Below, one piece after another: positions 13,531-28,540 of a stretch of DNA of 64,000 nt. The number at the start of each line of letters is the position of its first letter. Within the stretch, counting starts at the first letter, position 1. The notes under the pieces were generated by a model. That model was not told where the DNA came from and made no database searches. It saw only the letters and a program-made list of their open reading frames with translations. The stretch lies in assembly GCF_009914755.1 (NCBI RefSeq), contig NC_060927.1. One strand, given 5' to 3'. This stretch comes from the human T2T-CHM13v2.0 reference genome, Homo sapiens. Position numbers and translations under genes: made by a program.

Positions 13531-16289
13531 ATATAATTGTATCTAAAATAGTAACATAGTATAACTATGTTTTGTGTACTGTTGTTTTTAATTTAGCAAT
13601 ATACGATTGTTGTACTGTATTGTTAATTTAGCAATATACTGTGTCTATCTCTTCACATAAATTAATATTCTTTGACAAATCTACATCCCTGAATGTTTTT
13701 ACAACTCCAAACAATTTCTGTAAGCATTATTAAGCTCCAGCATCAGTAAAGATTTGAAGCATTAGTAGGGAGAAGCTGACCACATCCCATTCATTTATTC
13801 AATGTACACACACATGGCCTACTGTATGAAAAAAATAGTGGTAGAGAAACTGAGAAAATAAAAACCCAAGTTACATATATTGAAATAAGATTCTTGCAGG
13901 CAAGATTCTTGAAGCTACTTGTGACTTTACTTTTCTTTATTTCTTTATTTTCTTGACTTTATTTTTCTCTTGTCATTAGTACATGGTAGATTCTCTCTCC
14001 AGCTCTGTTTGGAGTCAACCCTTTCACTGCAGCTCTGTTTGGAGTCAACCTATTCTCACTTCCAACTTGCCTTGGAGGTGTCTATAATGAAGCTGCCCCT
14101 CTTCTGCACAGGACAGCAAAATCAGCAGGCTTCTCTTTTTCATAGCTGCTGATTCTGGGCAGCTGTGAGAATCTGGCAGCCCCTGTTTCTGTGGGTGACT
14201 GGTCCTCTGGTTGGTGGCAAAATAACTCCAGACTAAAATGCACTTTTTATTCTTAGATATCAGTCTCAGATTTAGGGGGAAATTGTATGTCATAGAGAAG
14301 AAAGAGGCACAAAGTCTTGTGATTAATGGAAAGAAAGAAGTTCATTTTGCCTCTAGTCCCTTTCTTTGTTCCCTGATCCAGCTTATTCTCCCTTATTCAT
14401 TGTCCTGCCCCTGACCATTGTGATTGTGTGGCCACCTATGGCTTTTTCATTTATTTACCAGCATGGTTCACACATTCCAAATGACAGCAGAGACATTAGG
14501 AGCCATAACTCACCCAGCAAAAATGGCCAGTTTTCTTATTGTTCTTCTTTGGCATTTGTGTTACTTTAAATTACTTGTCTAGCTAATTATCCCAGGAGAC
14601 AGTGAGCGTTAAGGACCTTATACTTGACTACAAACGAAGTCAGAGAAGGCTAGCATCTATTTTCAGAAATGAATTTTTAAAAAGTGAACACTTCTGAAGT
14701 GCACGTTACTCTTTTCCTTAGGATGAAGAAACATCCTGAGAAGGTTGACATGCTGAATGCCTTAAAGAACTTCAATTGGGATGCCAGATGAAAGTGTAAC
14801 TAGAATTTCTATGGCTTAAATAACGAGAGTAAGAGACCTCTATTGTTATTATTCTGCCAGTTTTTTTCTCTTTCTCTTTTCTATGTTGTGTATTTGTCAT
14901 CTTTTTTTGAAATACTGTATTTCAATAACTATTACTTCTTTCAGTCCAAGGAGATTTCTGAGAAGTCCTACTTGGGATGAAAAGATGGACTTACATAATA
15001 AAATATAATTTATAAAGATAATTTGAACATAAAGTAGATCACAAGACTATCTTTCCTAGAGTTGGAAGATGAATTTGGTAAGTCTGACGTGTGGATAAAA
15101 ATTATATATCACATATTTCTTAGAAATCAGAGTAGATATCAGTGTTCTTTCTGATTAGTCCAGATAATTAGGAAAGAAGTAGAGGGAGAAAAACTCTAGA
15201 AGTAAGAAAGTTTGATTTCATGTGTAATCAGAAGAAATATTCAAGTAATTTATCACTAATTCAAATAGTCAAGAAAATTCTAGGAAAAGCCCTAGGAAGC
15301 ATAATTAGCTATGCTGAGAGTTGAAACATTTGCAAAATGTCCCTGTTATAATTTGCTATTTTATTCCCCCTGAGACCTGAGCAATGCTTTATCAACAAAT
15401 CCCTAAAGACTTTTTAGCAAGTCTTAACATGAAATACTTGTACTTGATGCAAGACTTTTCACCTAGAAAGAAAAGTGGCCGGCTTTGGAAGGTTAGCTTC
15501 TTACTTTTTGAAAAGCTTTCTGGAACTCTGCCACCTACACTTTCTGGGCTTCATTTACGCTTGGTGAAAAATGGAGGGATTGTACCTGTCACCCACTTGT
15601 CTCCCAAGGGTGTTATAGAGTATCTAGAGAAAGTCCATTTACCCACAATCCTGTGCTGTGAATGACAGGCCGATGGGCCTCCCTGGCCCAATAATGTGTT
15701 CTTGGTCTCTGCTGCTTCAGGTAAGGGAATGTCTTACTATCCCCCAATCTCCTATTGGTAATATTTATTTGCTACAGTTCAGACGGCCCTTGATTGAATA
15801 CTGAACTCAAATACTTACCTTAGACAAGAACCTTGACCAGAGCAGTCATTTCTAGGCCTGGTTGCCATAGGCTCTCTTCACAAAGCATACTGGGAATGGA
15901 TGAAAAGTTCTGATATTGCAGCTTCTGGGTGTGCTCAGGACTCTTCTTCACTATCATTGGTTGTGTCTGAGACTGTCTAGCTGGGCAGATTTGGTTGGGG
16001 TAGTGGGTGAGGGAGGGCTAGAACTGTGGGATGCTTTTTTATTTCCTAAATTTCCTTCCAAGAACCTCTAGAGTCACTGGAATTCCAGCCCTGTGGCTTT
16101 GGTTAGCATGTGGGGGAAAGTTTACCTTCTCATTCCTAGAGCTACATTAGGGGAAACAAGCACTATGCTGTTTGGGGTGAAGTTGGTATTAATTTTCCCT
16201 GAGAAACAATACTGTTGATGATGGTTGGGTTCTGTGGGCCTGTTAGTTAACAATATAATTCATCTATAGTATGAGTTAAGTGGACTTGT

Positions 16290-16411
16290 GTGGGCTATTC
16301 TATTAACACATTGTCTGCAACATTATTTCTATGAGAATAATGTATCCTGAGTTCCAAAAAATTGACTTAAAACATTTGGAATACACACCATTACTTAGTG
16401 GGGACTCATCT
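16290..16411. mobile_element. Old TcMar-Tigger-like terminal fragment
   Basis: cattatttctatgagaataatgtatcctgagttccaaa...ttggaatacac...agtggggact resembles ancient Tigger ends. Confidence 0.35.
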
Positions 16412-16619
16412 GGGGCACCCATAATGGATGGTTCAGAAAATATGGTCCCTGCTGCTATTCACTAGTGCTTATCAATTTCAGTCTCCTAGCTTTAAGTTTC
16501 TTGAGAACTCTTCATTTCTTCACATGATTTAGGAGGTAGAATGTGTGCAATTTTCTAGTCAGCTGAGAAGGTTCATTCTCAATCCATTTATTTTTGTAGT
16601 TTGGTAAAAGGATATCCTT

Positions 16620-17430
16620 TTACTTTTTAAAATTTAAATTATGAAATAATAAATGAACATTGAGTATATATATAAATTTTCTACATTCTTACCATTTTGA
16701 GGGTAAGAATATACTCTTACCTAGCAATAATCAAAAGTGTAAAAATCCTTATATAATTTCCTATATACGTAAAACTCTCTGTATGAATTCCTTATATAAT
16801 GTCAACATCATTTGGTTCTGTCAATTTTTGCTTTTAAAGTTATGCTTTAGATGTAGACAAGTTAAAATTTTTCTGTTATTTTGGTGAAATGACCCTTTTA
16901 AACATGAAGTAGTAATTCTTTTTTGTTAATAATGCTTTTTGCTTTAAAGGTACTTTAATCTGATATTAATAAAACTATATCATGCAAAATTGTATATTCA
17001 GAGTTGCCTGCTATAGAGGAAAACTGGCAGCAACAAAAAAGTTTAACAATTGGACATTGGATATACAGTAAGAATATGTTCATACATTGATATACTATGC
17101 AGCTGTGTAATACCATATTATACATTATAACCTTCATGAAGAAAAAAGCTCACAGCTGTGCATGTAGAAAAGAAAATGCAAAAAAAGAAAAAAAAAGAAG
17201 CATACTACAAAATAGCTTGTATTATAGCATGCTATTTTTGTACCTCCCGATACATATGTAAATATATGTTTAGCAAATAACCTGATATTATCCACTAGAA
17301 TATAATATTGGATACTTTTGGGTGAAGAAATTATGAATAATTTTAAATTTTTTGTTCTCTTTTAAAAATATATTCCTGTGTCATAAGTTAATTATTTATT
17401 TCAAATAATGAACATATGCTACTTTTAAAA
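16620..17430. mobile_element. Highly decayed L1ME fragments, probably both orientations
   Basis: ttctgttattttggtgaaatgacccttttt and ctttaatctgatattaat (ORF2 minus), followed by 3'-end-like sequence. Confidence 0.45.
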
Positions 17431-18892
17431 GAAATGTAGCCTTTTATTTGACAAAAAAGCTCTCCTATTATTCTGTAGCTTATAAACAAGAATTCTGAGC
17501 CAGAAAATTACTGTTCTTTAAAAATGTCCATGATTCTTACTTGTTTTCTTTGTAGATTTTTAAAGAAAGATAACTACTTTGAATTACATAAACTTTAATT
17601 TCTAAAACGCAAATGTCTGTGTAGAATAGTAAAATTGTATCCCATACTTTTTCAACAAAAGTAGTCATAAACTTGGAATGGAATGTGACATAATAAATTG
17701 CAAATAATTATATAAGATTTTCGATTTCAAACATACATATTAGGAAGGCCAAACTGAGACTAGAATTTTAGAAGTACAAATGCAATTTTTTTTGCATCAT
17801 GATTGAATAGGAAAAAAATCCCCTCAAGTCTGGCTGGCTGAATGAGCATGTTGTAAGTAGAATGTATAATTTTGTTAGTGTACCCCTCAGAGGTTGGCCG
17901 ATGAGTAGCAGCAATGCAGTAACAATATAAAGCTGTCACTTGGTGGAGCTAGAATACTATGTAATTCCAATATCCTCTTTCGGCAGATTTCTTGGAGAAA
18001 ATGGTTTCATGGCAAAATGTAAGACTATTGCCCCCAGCTGCCAAATATTGAAGTACTTAGCCTTTGGGGAATCTGGTTTTATGGTTTTCTTTATTATTGT
18101 GCCAGAGTATGAGTAAATGCCAAACTTATGGGCATTTACTGATTACAGTTAATAAATTACAATCTTTTCATCATGCTGAATTCAATGCCTTCCCCCCACC
18201 CTGCCCCAGGAGTTAGTTTAAATGAATATATCATCTATTGATTCAGTGACGTTTTCACACATTTCATATGGCACTTAATAGCCCAGTATCATTTCACTTG
18301 CTATGTCAATTACTGTAAAATCAAGATGGGCTTTTAGGTAGCTTATGATGCCTGGAACAAAATGCTCAATGGATATTATACAAGTGTTTGGTGATGAATA
18401 CCAGCTTCTGGGATTCCCTGGGCAGGGTGGAAATTTTAGATCAATTCAAATATTGACCAAAACTTTTTAGATGAAATTTTAGGGTGACCAGTAAATGAAG
18501 ACTGCCATAGACTCAGGCAATCCTTCCCTGGAATGAATTTAACGCTTTTGGAAAATTCTGGATTGTAGCCGTTCTTACTTTGGTCTTCCTAAAATTGAAA
18601 AATTGAAGATTTTTGCATTTGTATTTATACATGGGTGTGTATAGTTTTGTGCCTTTATCAAGGTTAAATTGTGCCAACCTTTTCTCTCAGGTACTAGGCA
18701 TATTCCAAAAAGACTAATTTTAAAATTAGATTAATATCTTTCATACTTAAAAGGTGTTAGCTCAGATAAAATTATTGCATACCTTGACTATGTGAATGGA
18801 TGCTGAAATTAATGTATTTATGGATCATTATGTTGACATGTGAAGAACAGTAATTGAGTTTTTTATTTTTTTAACTTTATAAATTTAAATTA

Positions 18893-19019
18893 ATTTTTTT
18901 TTGAGACAGGGTTTCACTCTGTCATCCAGGCTGGACTGCAGTGAAGCAATCACAGCTCACTGTAGCCTTGACCTCCAGGTTCAAGTGATCCTTCTGCCAG
19001 ACCTTGAGCCACTGTGCCC
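18893..19019 (-). mobile_element. Short internally deleted Alu or monomer
   Basis: ttttgagacagggtttcactctgtcatccaggctgg...tgagccactgtgccc. Confidence 0.8.
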
Positions 19020-19202
19020 AAATGAGGATTTTTAAAGATTTCCTATTCCTAATTTGGCTGGGTTCTGATTCTCTTATACTTTTATTTTTTCATAGAAGCC
19101 TTTTTTTTTTTTGCAGTGAGAAAGATTTTATTTGACCTTAAGATAATTCTATTTGGGAAAAGTGGGGAAATAGGATAATCAGTCTTCTATTACATATTAT
19201 GG

Positions 19203-19797
19203 TCAAGGTAGATCCAGGTTTTGTGGGACTAAAGCCTATGTGGTTTGAGCTCTTTTATGTAAAAGGATACAAAATTACAAATGCAAAGTTAAGCATAAAA
19301 GTCCACATTTATTTAAAATTAGAAAAAAGTAACCGATTGAATAGTTTAAAAAGCTGGGACAAAACCCTCAAACAGTGAAAGATTCAGAGAAATTATATTT
19401 TTATTAAATAACTGCCAACACATCTGTATAATTATTTTCCACATATCAACTTATGGTTCCATACATTCACAATCTAATTTCTTCTCACATAATTCCAGTT
19501 TTGACTACCATAGGCATATTCATATCATGATAGGACTCTGTCTCTCACCTTTGCAAAAAAAATGCTGGATAACTCACCACAGTGGGCATTAGGAGTATTT
19601 TTGGAATCCATTTCTATACTAGGAAAGCCAGCAATAACTTAACTATACAGGGAAGTGACTGTGAGCCACATAAATAATGCACATTAAACTCAAACCAAAT
19701 GCATCTCCCACTCAACATCCCAGGGTCTTGGAAGGACCCCATGCAAATGAGGGACCCTGAAACCTAAAACTCTTTAGTATCACAGTAATTCTACCTT
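19203..19797 (-). mobile_element. MER115/Zaphod-family hAT-Tip100 element
   Basis: Left end gatccaggttttgtggg...atacaaaattacaaat; right end ttggaaggaccccatgcaaatgagggaccctgaa...cacagtaattctacc matches the recalled Zaphod termini. Confidence 0.6.
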
Positions 19798-20420
19798 TTT
19801 GAAATCCTTTTATCAATAATGTACCTCACTTGATTAAAATCGTCATCATCTTTAGGGTGATTTAAAGTTTGGGAACCACTAACAGTAACATTCATAGATG
19901 AAAGGATAGTAAATTTGGGTAAAAATATTCTTAAAAATATTTGCCATATAGACAAGGAGGACATAACCATAGGGATGTTATTTCAATACCTTATTTTCTA
20001 AGTATCATTTATTGGCTTTTAGTAGAGAGTACTAAAGACAGTGTTAGGACTGTCTTACAGATTTTTACAAAATTCTTACAAAATATTTCTGATTCACCAT
20101 TATTCTTATATACCATTAAGAAGTACTGTTTTTTTTAAAACAACAGCTTGAAAGGCATAGCTACTTCCCTATTTAATTTGTATTCTTAATCTACCAGAAA
20201 AATCTGCAACTCCAGCAGTAAGATCATTGATTATTTATTTCATGGATAATATCCACATTGTTGAAAGGCTCCCTGTTTTAGTGTTTAAACAAACAAAAAC
20301 AAAAACAAAAGCAACACAGCCTTGTATCAGACATGAAATTGTGTTTTTATTTGATGATTCCTGGAAGTCTCTTGACTCCTTAAAAGAGCACCTTATGCAT
20401 GCACTTGAACACTAAAGCCA

Positions 20421-20650
20421 TAGTAATAGTTAACATCTATCGATTGCTTTCTATGAGCCAGACATTTAGTGAAGTGCTTTACTTGCATTCTTTGTTTAAT
20501 TTTCTGAACAGCTCTATGAGGTACGTACCATTTTATGAATGAAAAACTGAGGCTTAGAGAGTTTAAATAACAAGCCTAGATCCATGTAGTTTGTAAAGTG
20601 GCAGGCATGGTGGCTGAATATATACTTATTTTAACTACTTTGCAATAGTG
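20421..20650 (-). mobile_element. MIR
   Basis: ccattttatgaatgaaaaactgaggcttagagagtttaaataac core. Confidence 0.8.
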
Positions 20651-20749
20651 TCACAGAAGCAGTCATTCAATGAATGTCAGGAAGGTTCAGAACTCATAGA
20701 TAGCACTTGAATAACTACAACTTCAAAAAGGGAGAAGCTCTGAATTTAG

Positions 20750-20985
20750 GAGACAGTATAGCATAGGAAAAGATGGTGGAAGTCCAGGCACTAGAGTCAA
20801 CTGTATTCTGGCTCCATCATTTACTAGCTGATTGACTTTTGACAAGTTACTTAATCTTTCTGTGCTCCAGTTTCCCCTGTTAAAAGAGGATAATCCTAAT
20901 AAGATATGAGGATTTAATGAGGTGGATGAAACATTTAAACCAGTGGCGGGCACAGTAAATGCTCAAAAAGTTGTATCATTATTGT
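20750..20985 (+). mobile_element. MIR
   Basis: ttactagctg...acaagttacttaatctttctgtgctccagtttcc core. Confidence 0.8.
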
Positions 20986-23700
20986 CTATTAACATTTATG
21001 CTTATTTGTCCTTTGAAATAGAGTATATGACTTGTGCAATGATAGGTAAACAGTATAAAAAATTTTGTTGTCTTTCTTTTCTAATACATGTATTATTTAG
21101 TTAAGGACCCTCTAGGTATATTGGAGAATGTGTTCATAGAAATATTATAATATCAATACAAAAATGCATCCTAGTTTTAAAAAATAAAAACACTTCCCAG
21201 GAAAATTAAATTTTAAAAGTTTATACCATATTTGTATTTTTACGTTGATTTAAAGGATATTGCCACTATGTGGAAGAATTTCCGGTCCAGGTATGTTCCT
21301 GTAGATGTTATGACTTTTCAAAACTTAATCTACTATTTATGTTATAAAATTATTACTATCTTGTAGCTGAGCAGAAACATTAATATAACATAATGAGAAA
21401 AGTTGCATCTCTGCTCCTGAGACTCCTAATAAACACATTATTCATTTTTTATTCAATTTAACTGCAAATAGCTTTGGCAAATGTTGAAAACAATGCCAAA
21501 GGGTATATTTCTATTTTAGGGTGATAGGAAAATAACTCCTGAAGAGTCTTAGAAGTGAGAAACAAAATATGAATTATATAGTGGTGGGAAAACATAAAAG
21601 ATTCTGATGTCTATGAATAACTATATTTCCCAAAGGAATAAACATTAATGACTTTAATTAGATTTTAATTGCTCATGAGAGCAAGCTCTTGCATGAGATA
21701 AAAACACCTGACAATACATTATGACTGAGCTTTTCTGTCAGCAACATAAGATGAATTAATATAAATGCCATTTAAAGGTAGAGAATTGTCTAAACGTAAA
21801 CTAAGCCCTTAATCAGTGCTATTGTGATGGAAAGATACTGTCATAATTAGGTCAAGTTCTATCTTGGTCTTGACAGTTGTACATCATATTGAGATTTAAG
21901 ACAGGACTGTAACTGTGGAAGACTCCAGAATGTTACCTCTTACTAACATTTCTTCACAAATGGTGTAAAAATAAACAAATGAGAGTTTTTTTGAAAGTTG
22001 CAATTTATATTGTTTCTTTTATTTACTGGAGGAACTCTTTAGAAGTAATCTGTTTGGGATTAGATTTAGGGATTTCCTTTCCTTTCTTGGGCACACTTTT
22101 GGAGTCTGTATTTGCTCCATCAGTCATTTTTGGTTCAGAGGACTCTGCTAAGAATAGAAGCATTTTGCAGTTTCCTTAGGTATTAAAATGACCCAGTTGT
22201 AGGTGGAAAAGCCCACTTCAGTCAAGGGTTTCTAGACCTTTGGAAAAACAGCGAATATTTATTGACATGCTAAAAACCTAAGTTCTCTAAAATTTCTTAA
22301 TTTATCTTGTTTTTGATACTTTTGTTGAGGGGAAAAAAATCTCAGGTGGGGCAAATCTGTTATTAATATTATAGAGCTTTCATGAATTATGATGCTTTAG
22401 ATCTATCTAGTTGTCCAAGGCTCGGCTGACCAGTGCGTATAATGCATTTTATTGTGGTTTTGTTAGTAATGAGTTAATCTGTCACTGGCCTCACCATACT
22501 TCACTGTATTGAGTCAATTTTCCTGTGGCATCTTTCAGAGTCCATTAAGTTCTTACAGAGCCACAAATTCCGTCTTCAACACAAGTTAGGAAGGTAATAC
22601 AAATCAGTGAAGCAGGCGAGGGGAGACAACAGCAAATTGGAGGTCCATCCTCTGACTAAGGGACAGCAGAGACTCAGCTCATGGTAATCAGATCTTACGA
22701 TAAAAAAATGCTGGAAATCTGGGTTTTCACATAAGCATTTTGATAGTTAAATATTATCAACTAATTAAACAAAAACTTAGTAAATGAATTAAGCCATGTC
22801 TGTTACCCTTTTATGATGTCTATATAAGGAATTTTTAAAAATCTGTCAGTTTCTATTTTTTGTACACCTTTTCCACACTACAGACCAAATGCTGCAATAC
22901 ATTTGAAGAAAAGCCATCTAACCAACATATTATAGTGTTCGAGCATATTTCTCCCATGCATTTCACTTCCAGGTATTTTCTAAAGTGAATGCAGTTGTAT
23001 TTTAGCTACATATGACTTTATATGACTAATACAGTACAACACAGCAGTGATAAAGTGCCATATTCAAAGGTAAGTAGAAATTTAGCCCAATGGATAAATA
23101 TTTGGCTGTCTATTTAAACCTTTGGGCTCCATGTTGCAAGGGTATTAAGAAACAGATGGGGGAGTTTTGATTTAATAGCACAGAGTGCCAATTCTGTCTC
23201 TAATTCCAGGTGCCTTTTGGAAAAAAAAAATCCTGGCTGTAGTATCTTGTTTTGAAAAGCCACTCAAAACAATTGAGATATTCTGCAAATATAAAATGGC
23301 TCCTGAAAGCTTTTAAATTGTAGAGGATGTAGTTCTGAATAAACCAATGTTCTGTTTCTTAAGAAGAATTTTATATACAGCTAGAGAGGATGTATATACA
23401 TAGAGAAAGGGAGGCACATAATCATAATACATATAAAGATCTATCTCCACTTGGAATTAAATTCTACATCACTGTACCATGAATACCTAATGTAGACTTA
23501 ACGGGTACAAAAAGAAAAGAAAATAGAGGTCACAATGAAACACAAAATTGAAAAACAATCAGGAAACAATGGAATTAAATGAAGAATAAATTAACATAGG
23601 ATAAAAGTGAAAGACACTGACCAGTTATTAGTAATATATATTTTAGTAATTTCCAATATTAAGGGATAAGTTGCTCATCAAAAGCAATTATCTTCTTTTA

Positions 23701-23999
<299 letters not shown>

Positions 24000-24154
24000 G
24001 CAATTTTCTTCTGTTAAATCAATAATATCTACCTGTAGTTTACTGCTTGATTAATATTATTTTTGCAACATATGACCTTAGAATAAAGCTTTTTTTCCTC
24101 ACCTTCTGTAAGACTAAATATACATCAAACAAAAGGCCCTACCTTGTTAACTTG

Positions 24155-24400
24155 GCAGTGTACAAGCATGGTATTTAAGGATTTGGCTTGAGATCCTGGG
24201 CTTAAATCTCAATTCTGCTTCATATGAGATATGCACAATTGGGGAAATACTTCACTTTTCCGACCCTGATTTCCTTATCCATAACTGGAGACAATAATAA
24301 TATTTACATCATGGGGTCGTTGTAATGTTTATAGAAAATAGTCTATGTTTTCATATTTACAAGACACAGACAAATAGCAGGTGTGTAATAAGTGGTGGCT
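24155..24400 (+). mobile_element. MIR
   Basis: cctgggcttaaatctcaattctgc...tttccttatccataactggagacaataata. Confidence 0.65.
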
Positions 24401-25384
24401 GCAGATACTATTACAAAATAAGAAGTCTAGGCAGTCCAGGCTCATTATATGAAACCTAATGGGAAAAATCTGATGTCGATTACTTCCCTCAATAAGCACT
24501 TATTGTTTGGATTAAGGCAAAAAGCTGTCAAATTACTGTAAAATAGTATCAAAGGAATATTCTTTATTTAGCTAGGAAAAGAAAGCCTTATATGCATCCT
24601 AATATTTTAAATAATATTAAAAACAATATAAAGATTTTAAAAAGATGGTTCTATTTATTTGCAGAGTGATTGAAAAGATTGACACTTTTAGCATTAGTAG
24701 ATACTTGGAACAAGATTGAAAACTGATGTGACACACTGAAATGAAATTAAGATAGTTTTAAGACTCTTTTTCTTTGCAGAATTTGTAGTTTATCTTTCTT
24801 GGGTGGATTGTAGACCTTGAAAGATAGAATTGTTAGCCTTGAAGTCAATAATTCCACCATTATTTTATTTTTGTCCAATAATCAAAATGTTGTATCTATA
24901 TTAAATATATATTTTGAATAAGAAGAGAAATACTGTTAAAAATAACTGGATTACAAATAAAATTAGCTGTGGCACTTTACACTTGAAATAATGTGAGCAA
25001 TGCTTGGACTCCCACACAGTTTTAAACTTTAATCTTTGTGGAAACATATAAAAGAAGCAAAGGCCACTTCGCAGTAGTATGGTTATAAGTTCACAGTGCA
25101 GGGTTTGTATAACTAAATGCTTCCAACCTGGGATTTGAAAAAGCAGCCTCTGGGTCAAAGATCAGAATTTTCTGTAAATGGATTTGGACATTATATTTGA
25201 CTGATAATTTGATATAGAAATATCAGGTAACAGAATACAATACTTATGGAATATATTTTGGAACCAAATTCAAATCCAAAGCAATTTGAGGTTCATAACA
25301 GAGTGTTTTTGAAATCACTAAAGAGCATACTTTGCAGTTACTTTCCTTGGTGAAAGAACGAAGGAAAGTATTGCATAGGCATGC

Positions 25385-25411
25385 TTTTTTTTTTTTTTTT
25401 TTTTTTTTTTT
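25385..25411. repeat. T27 homopolymer
   Basis: Seen directly; no adjacent Alu or L1 body. Confidence 0.95.
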
Positions 25412-26535
25412 CCTTAAGTAAACTTCTTATCTAGGTTCACAGGGCAAGACCACATCTAATATGGTTCATATGTTTTGTGGAAACATGTATTTTTATTCAG
25501 AATAGCTATGTGGAAAAGGAAAGATAAAACGAATCCCAAGGGCATCTTAAACACACTAAAGATATATTACAGGCCACATAGTTCAACTCAAGAGTGTTTT
25601 GGCAAGCACAAAGTGGCAGACAAATTGTAAGTCCAGCAATGTATATAAAAACCTATGAAACATGTCTATGGATAGAATTCAATGATGCAATTACTTGGGA
25701 AAGCTTGAATAAACATGTTAAGTAGTCAGCATTTATCAAATACCCTTTGCTAGGCATTGGGGAGAAGGAAAACAAGAGTTACCATGAGGCAGAGTAAGAG
25801 GTCAGCATAATCTGTGAGTGAGGGTGAAATCACCACGCAAAGACATCTGAGGGTACTGTCATTTTGAATAAGGTTAAAGCTGTCAAACTAGTTATAAAGA
25901 ATGACTTTGAGCCAGGTGGTACTCAATGAGAGTGGAGGTACCTGTTCCTGTAACCGTAAAACTATTTAAACATACTAAAACTATAGAAGTAAATCAGATG
26001 TTTTAAAATGGTTATACACCTCCCACTCTTCGGTCTCCTGTTACAGGCAGTCCAAGGAAACCATTAGCAATCGTAAGTCTTTCCACATTTAATCATTCAA
26101 ATACTACCTTGATGCACCATCTTTAATATTTATATAAGAAATATTTTAAAGACTTGCTCACTGTTTCACTAATGTCAATAAGGTTTCTATAATTTGTATA
26201 AATGAACAACTAATATCGCTAGTCATAAATACTCGATAATCTTACTTAAAAGTAAAAACAAATGAAACGTTGTTAAGGTCTAGCTAGACACTGTGGATTG
26301 TTGAAGGCTGTAATTCTGAGGCATACTCTCTTTTTGTCAACACAGATATAAAAAAATGCCCGTATCCATTTACTTAGAAATTATACAATTAGGAATGTGG
26401 CCTGAAGATTTGTTTATGACTGTGTCAAATGACCTTATGCACAAGGTGATTTGTTGAAGCATTGTTTGATGTAGCAAAAGACTACAATAAAATAAATACT
26501 CCTCAATAATGATTAGCAAAAGTTACTGTGCATTC

Positions 26536-26846
26536 ATATATATATGAATATATATATATTTATGACAAGGTTTTGCTCTGTTGCACAGGCTGGAGTGCAG
26601 TAGCATGATCATGGCTCACTGCTGCCTCGACCTCCCGGGCTCAGAGATTCTCCTGCCTCAGCCTCCTGAGTAGCTGGGACCACAGGTGTGTGCCACTATG
26701 CCTGGCTAATTTATTTTTATTTTTTGTAGAGACAGAGTCTCCCGGTGTTGCCCAGGCTGATCTCGAACTCCTGGGCTCAAGCAATCCTCCCATAGTGGTC
26801 CTTCCAAAGTACTGGGACTACAGGTGTGAGCCACTGCACTCGGTCC
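26536..26846 (-). mobile_element. AluJ with (TA)n tail, followed by (ATAGA)n at about 26847-26871
   Basis: Reverse Alu dimer with J diagnostics (ctcctgggctcaagcaatcctccc). Confidence 0.85.
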
Positions 26847-26865
26847 ATAGAATAGAATAGAATAG

Positions 26866-27274
<409 letters not shown>

Positions 27275-27424
27275 CAAACACACATATATATTTATTTATT
27301 ATACATATGGAATATCTCTGGAAGTGTTTATAAGAAAATAGTGACAGTGGTTGTCTCTGTGTGGGGAAGAGGGTGGGTGGATGGCTGAAAGTAGAGCAGT
27401 CCTTACTTTTCACTGGTTATCCTT

Positions 27425-27685
27425 TTGGACTCTGAATCATGGAATGGTATTTAAAAGCATAGGCAAGCTTGCCTGGGTTCAAATCCTTGCTCTGGTGCTT
27501 ACCAGTTTGTGGCCTTGAGCTGGTTACTGAATTTCTCTGAGTCTCAGTGTTTTAATTTCTACCATGGGAATATTAATTGTACTTAACTTACAGAGTTATA
27601 AAGAAGATGAGATAAAATATGTGAAAAGTTTTTTAAATAGCTCATGGCACAAAGGAAGGCTATATAAACCTTTGCCATTATTTTA
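27425..27685 (+). mobile_element. MIR
   Basis: gcctgggttcaaatccttgctctg...ttactgaatttctctgagtctcagtgttt. Confidence 0.8.
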
Positions 27686-27920
27686 AATTATAGTTCCATG
27701 TGCTTATTTGATCAATGCAAAAATAAATAAGAAGAGTTTTCTGTAGCCAGAATTAACAATTATGGCCTTCAGAATGAATGGAATACGACTAAAATAAGAA
27801 TAGCAATCTCATTCTTTATTTAATGTCAGTTCTGTATAACACATCACATTTTAAATCATCTTTGCTTTTTTTTTTTTTAAGTCACCACTTCCAGAAACTC
27901 TGTATAGGGGACTCATATGA

Positions 27921-28540
<620 letters not shown>

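Noticed and set aside
26532-26549. 18-bp perfect palindrome ATTCATATATATATGAAT
   Set aside because: It is mostly the self-complementary (TA)n Alu tail, so it carries little information.
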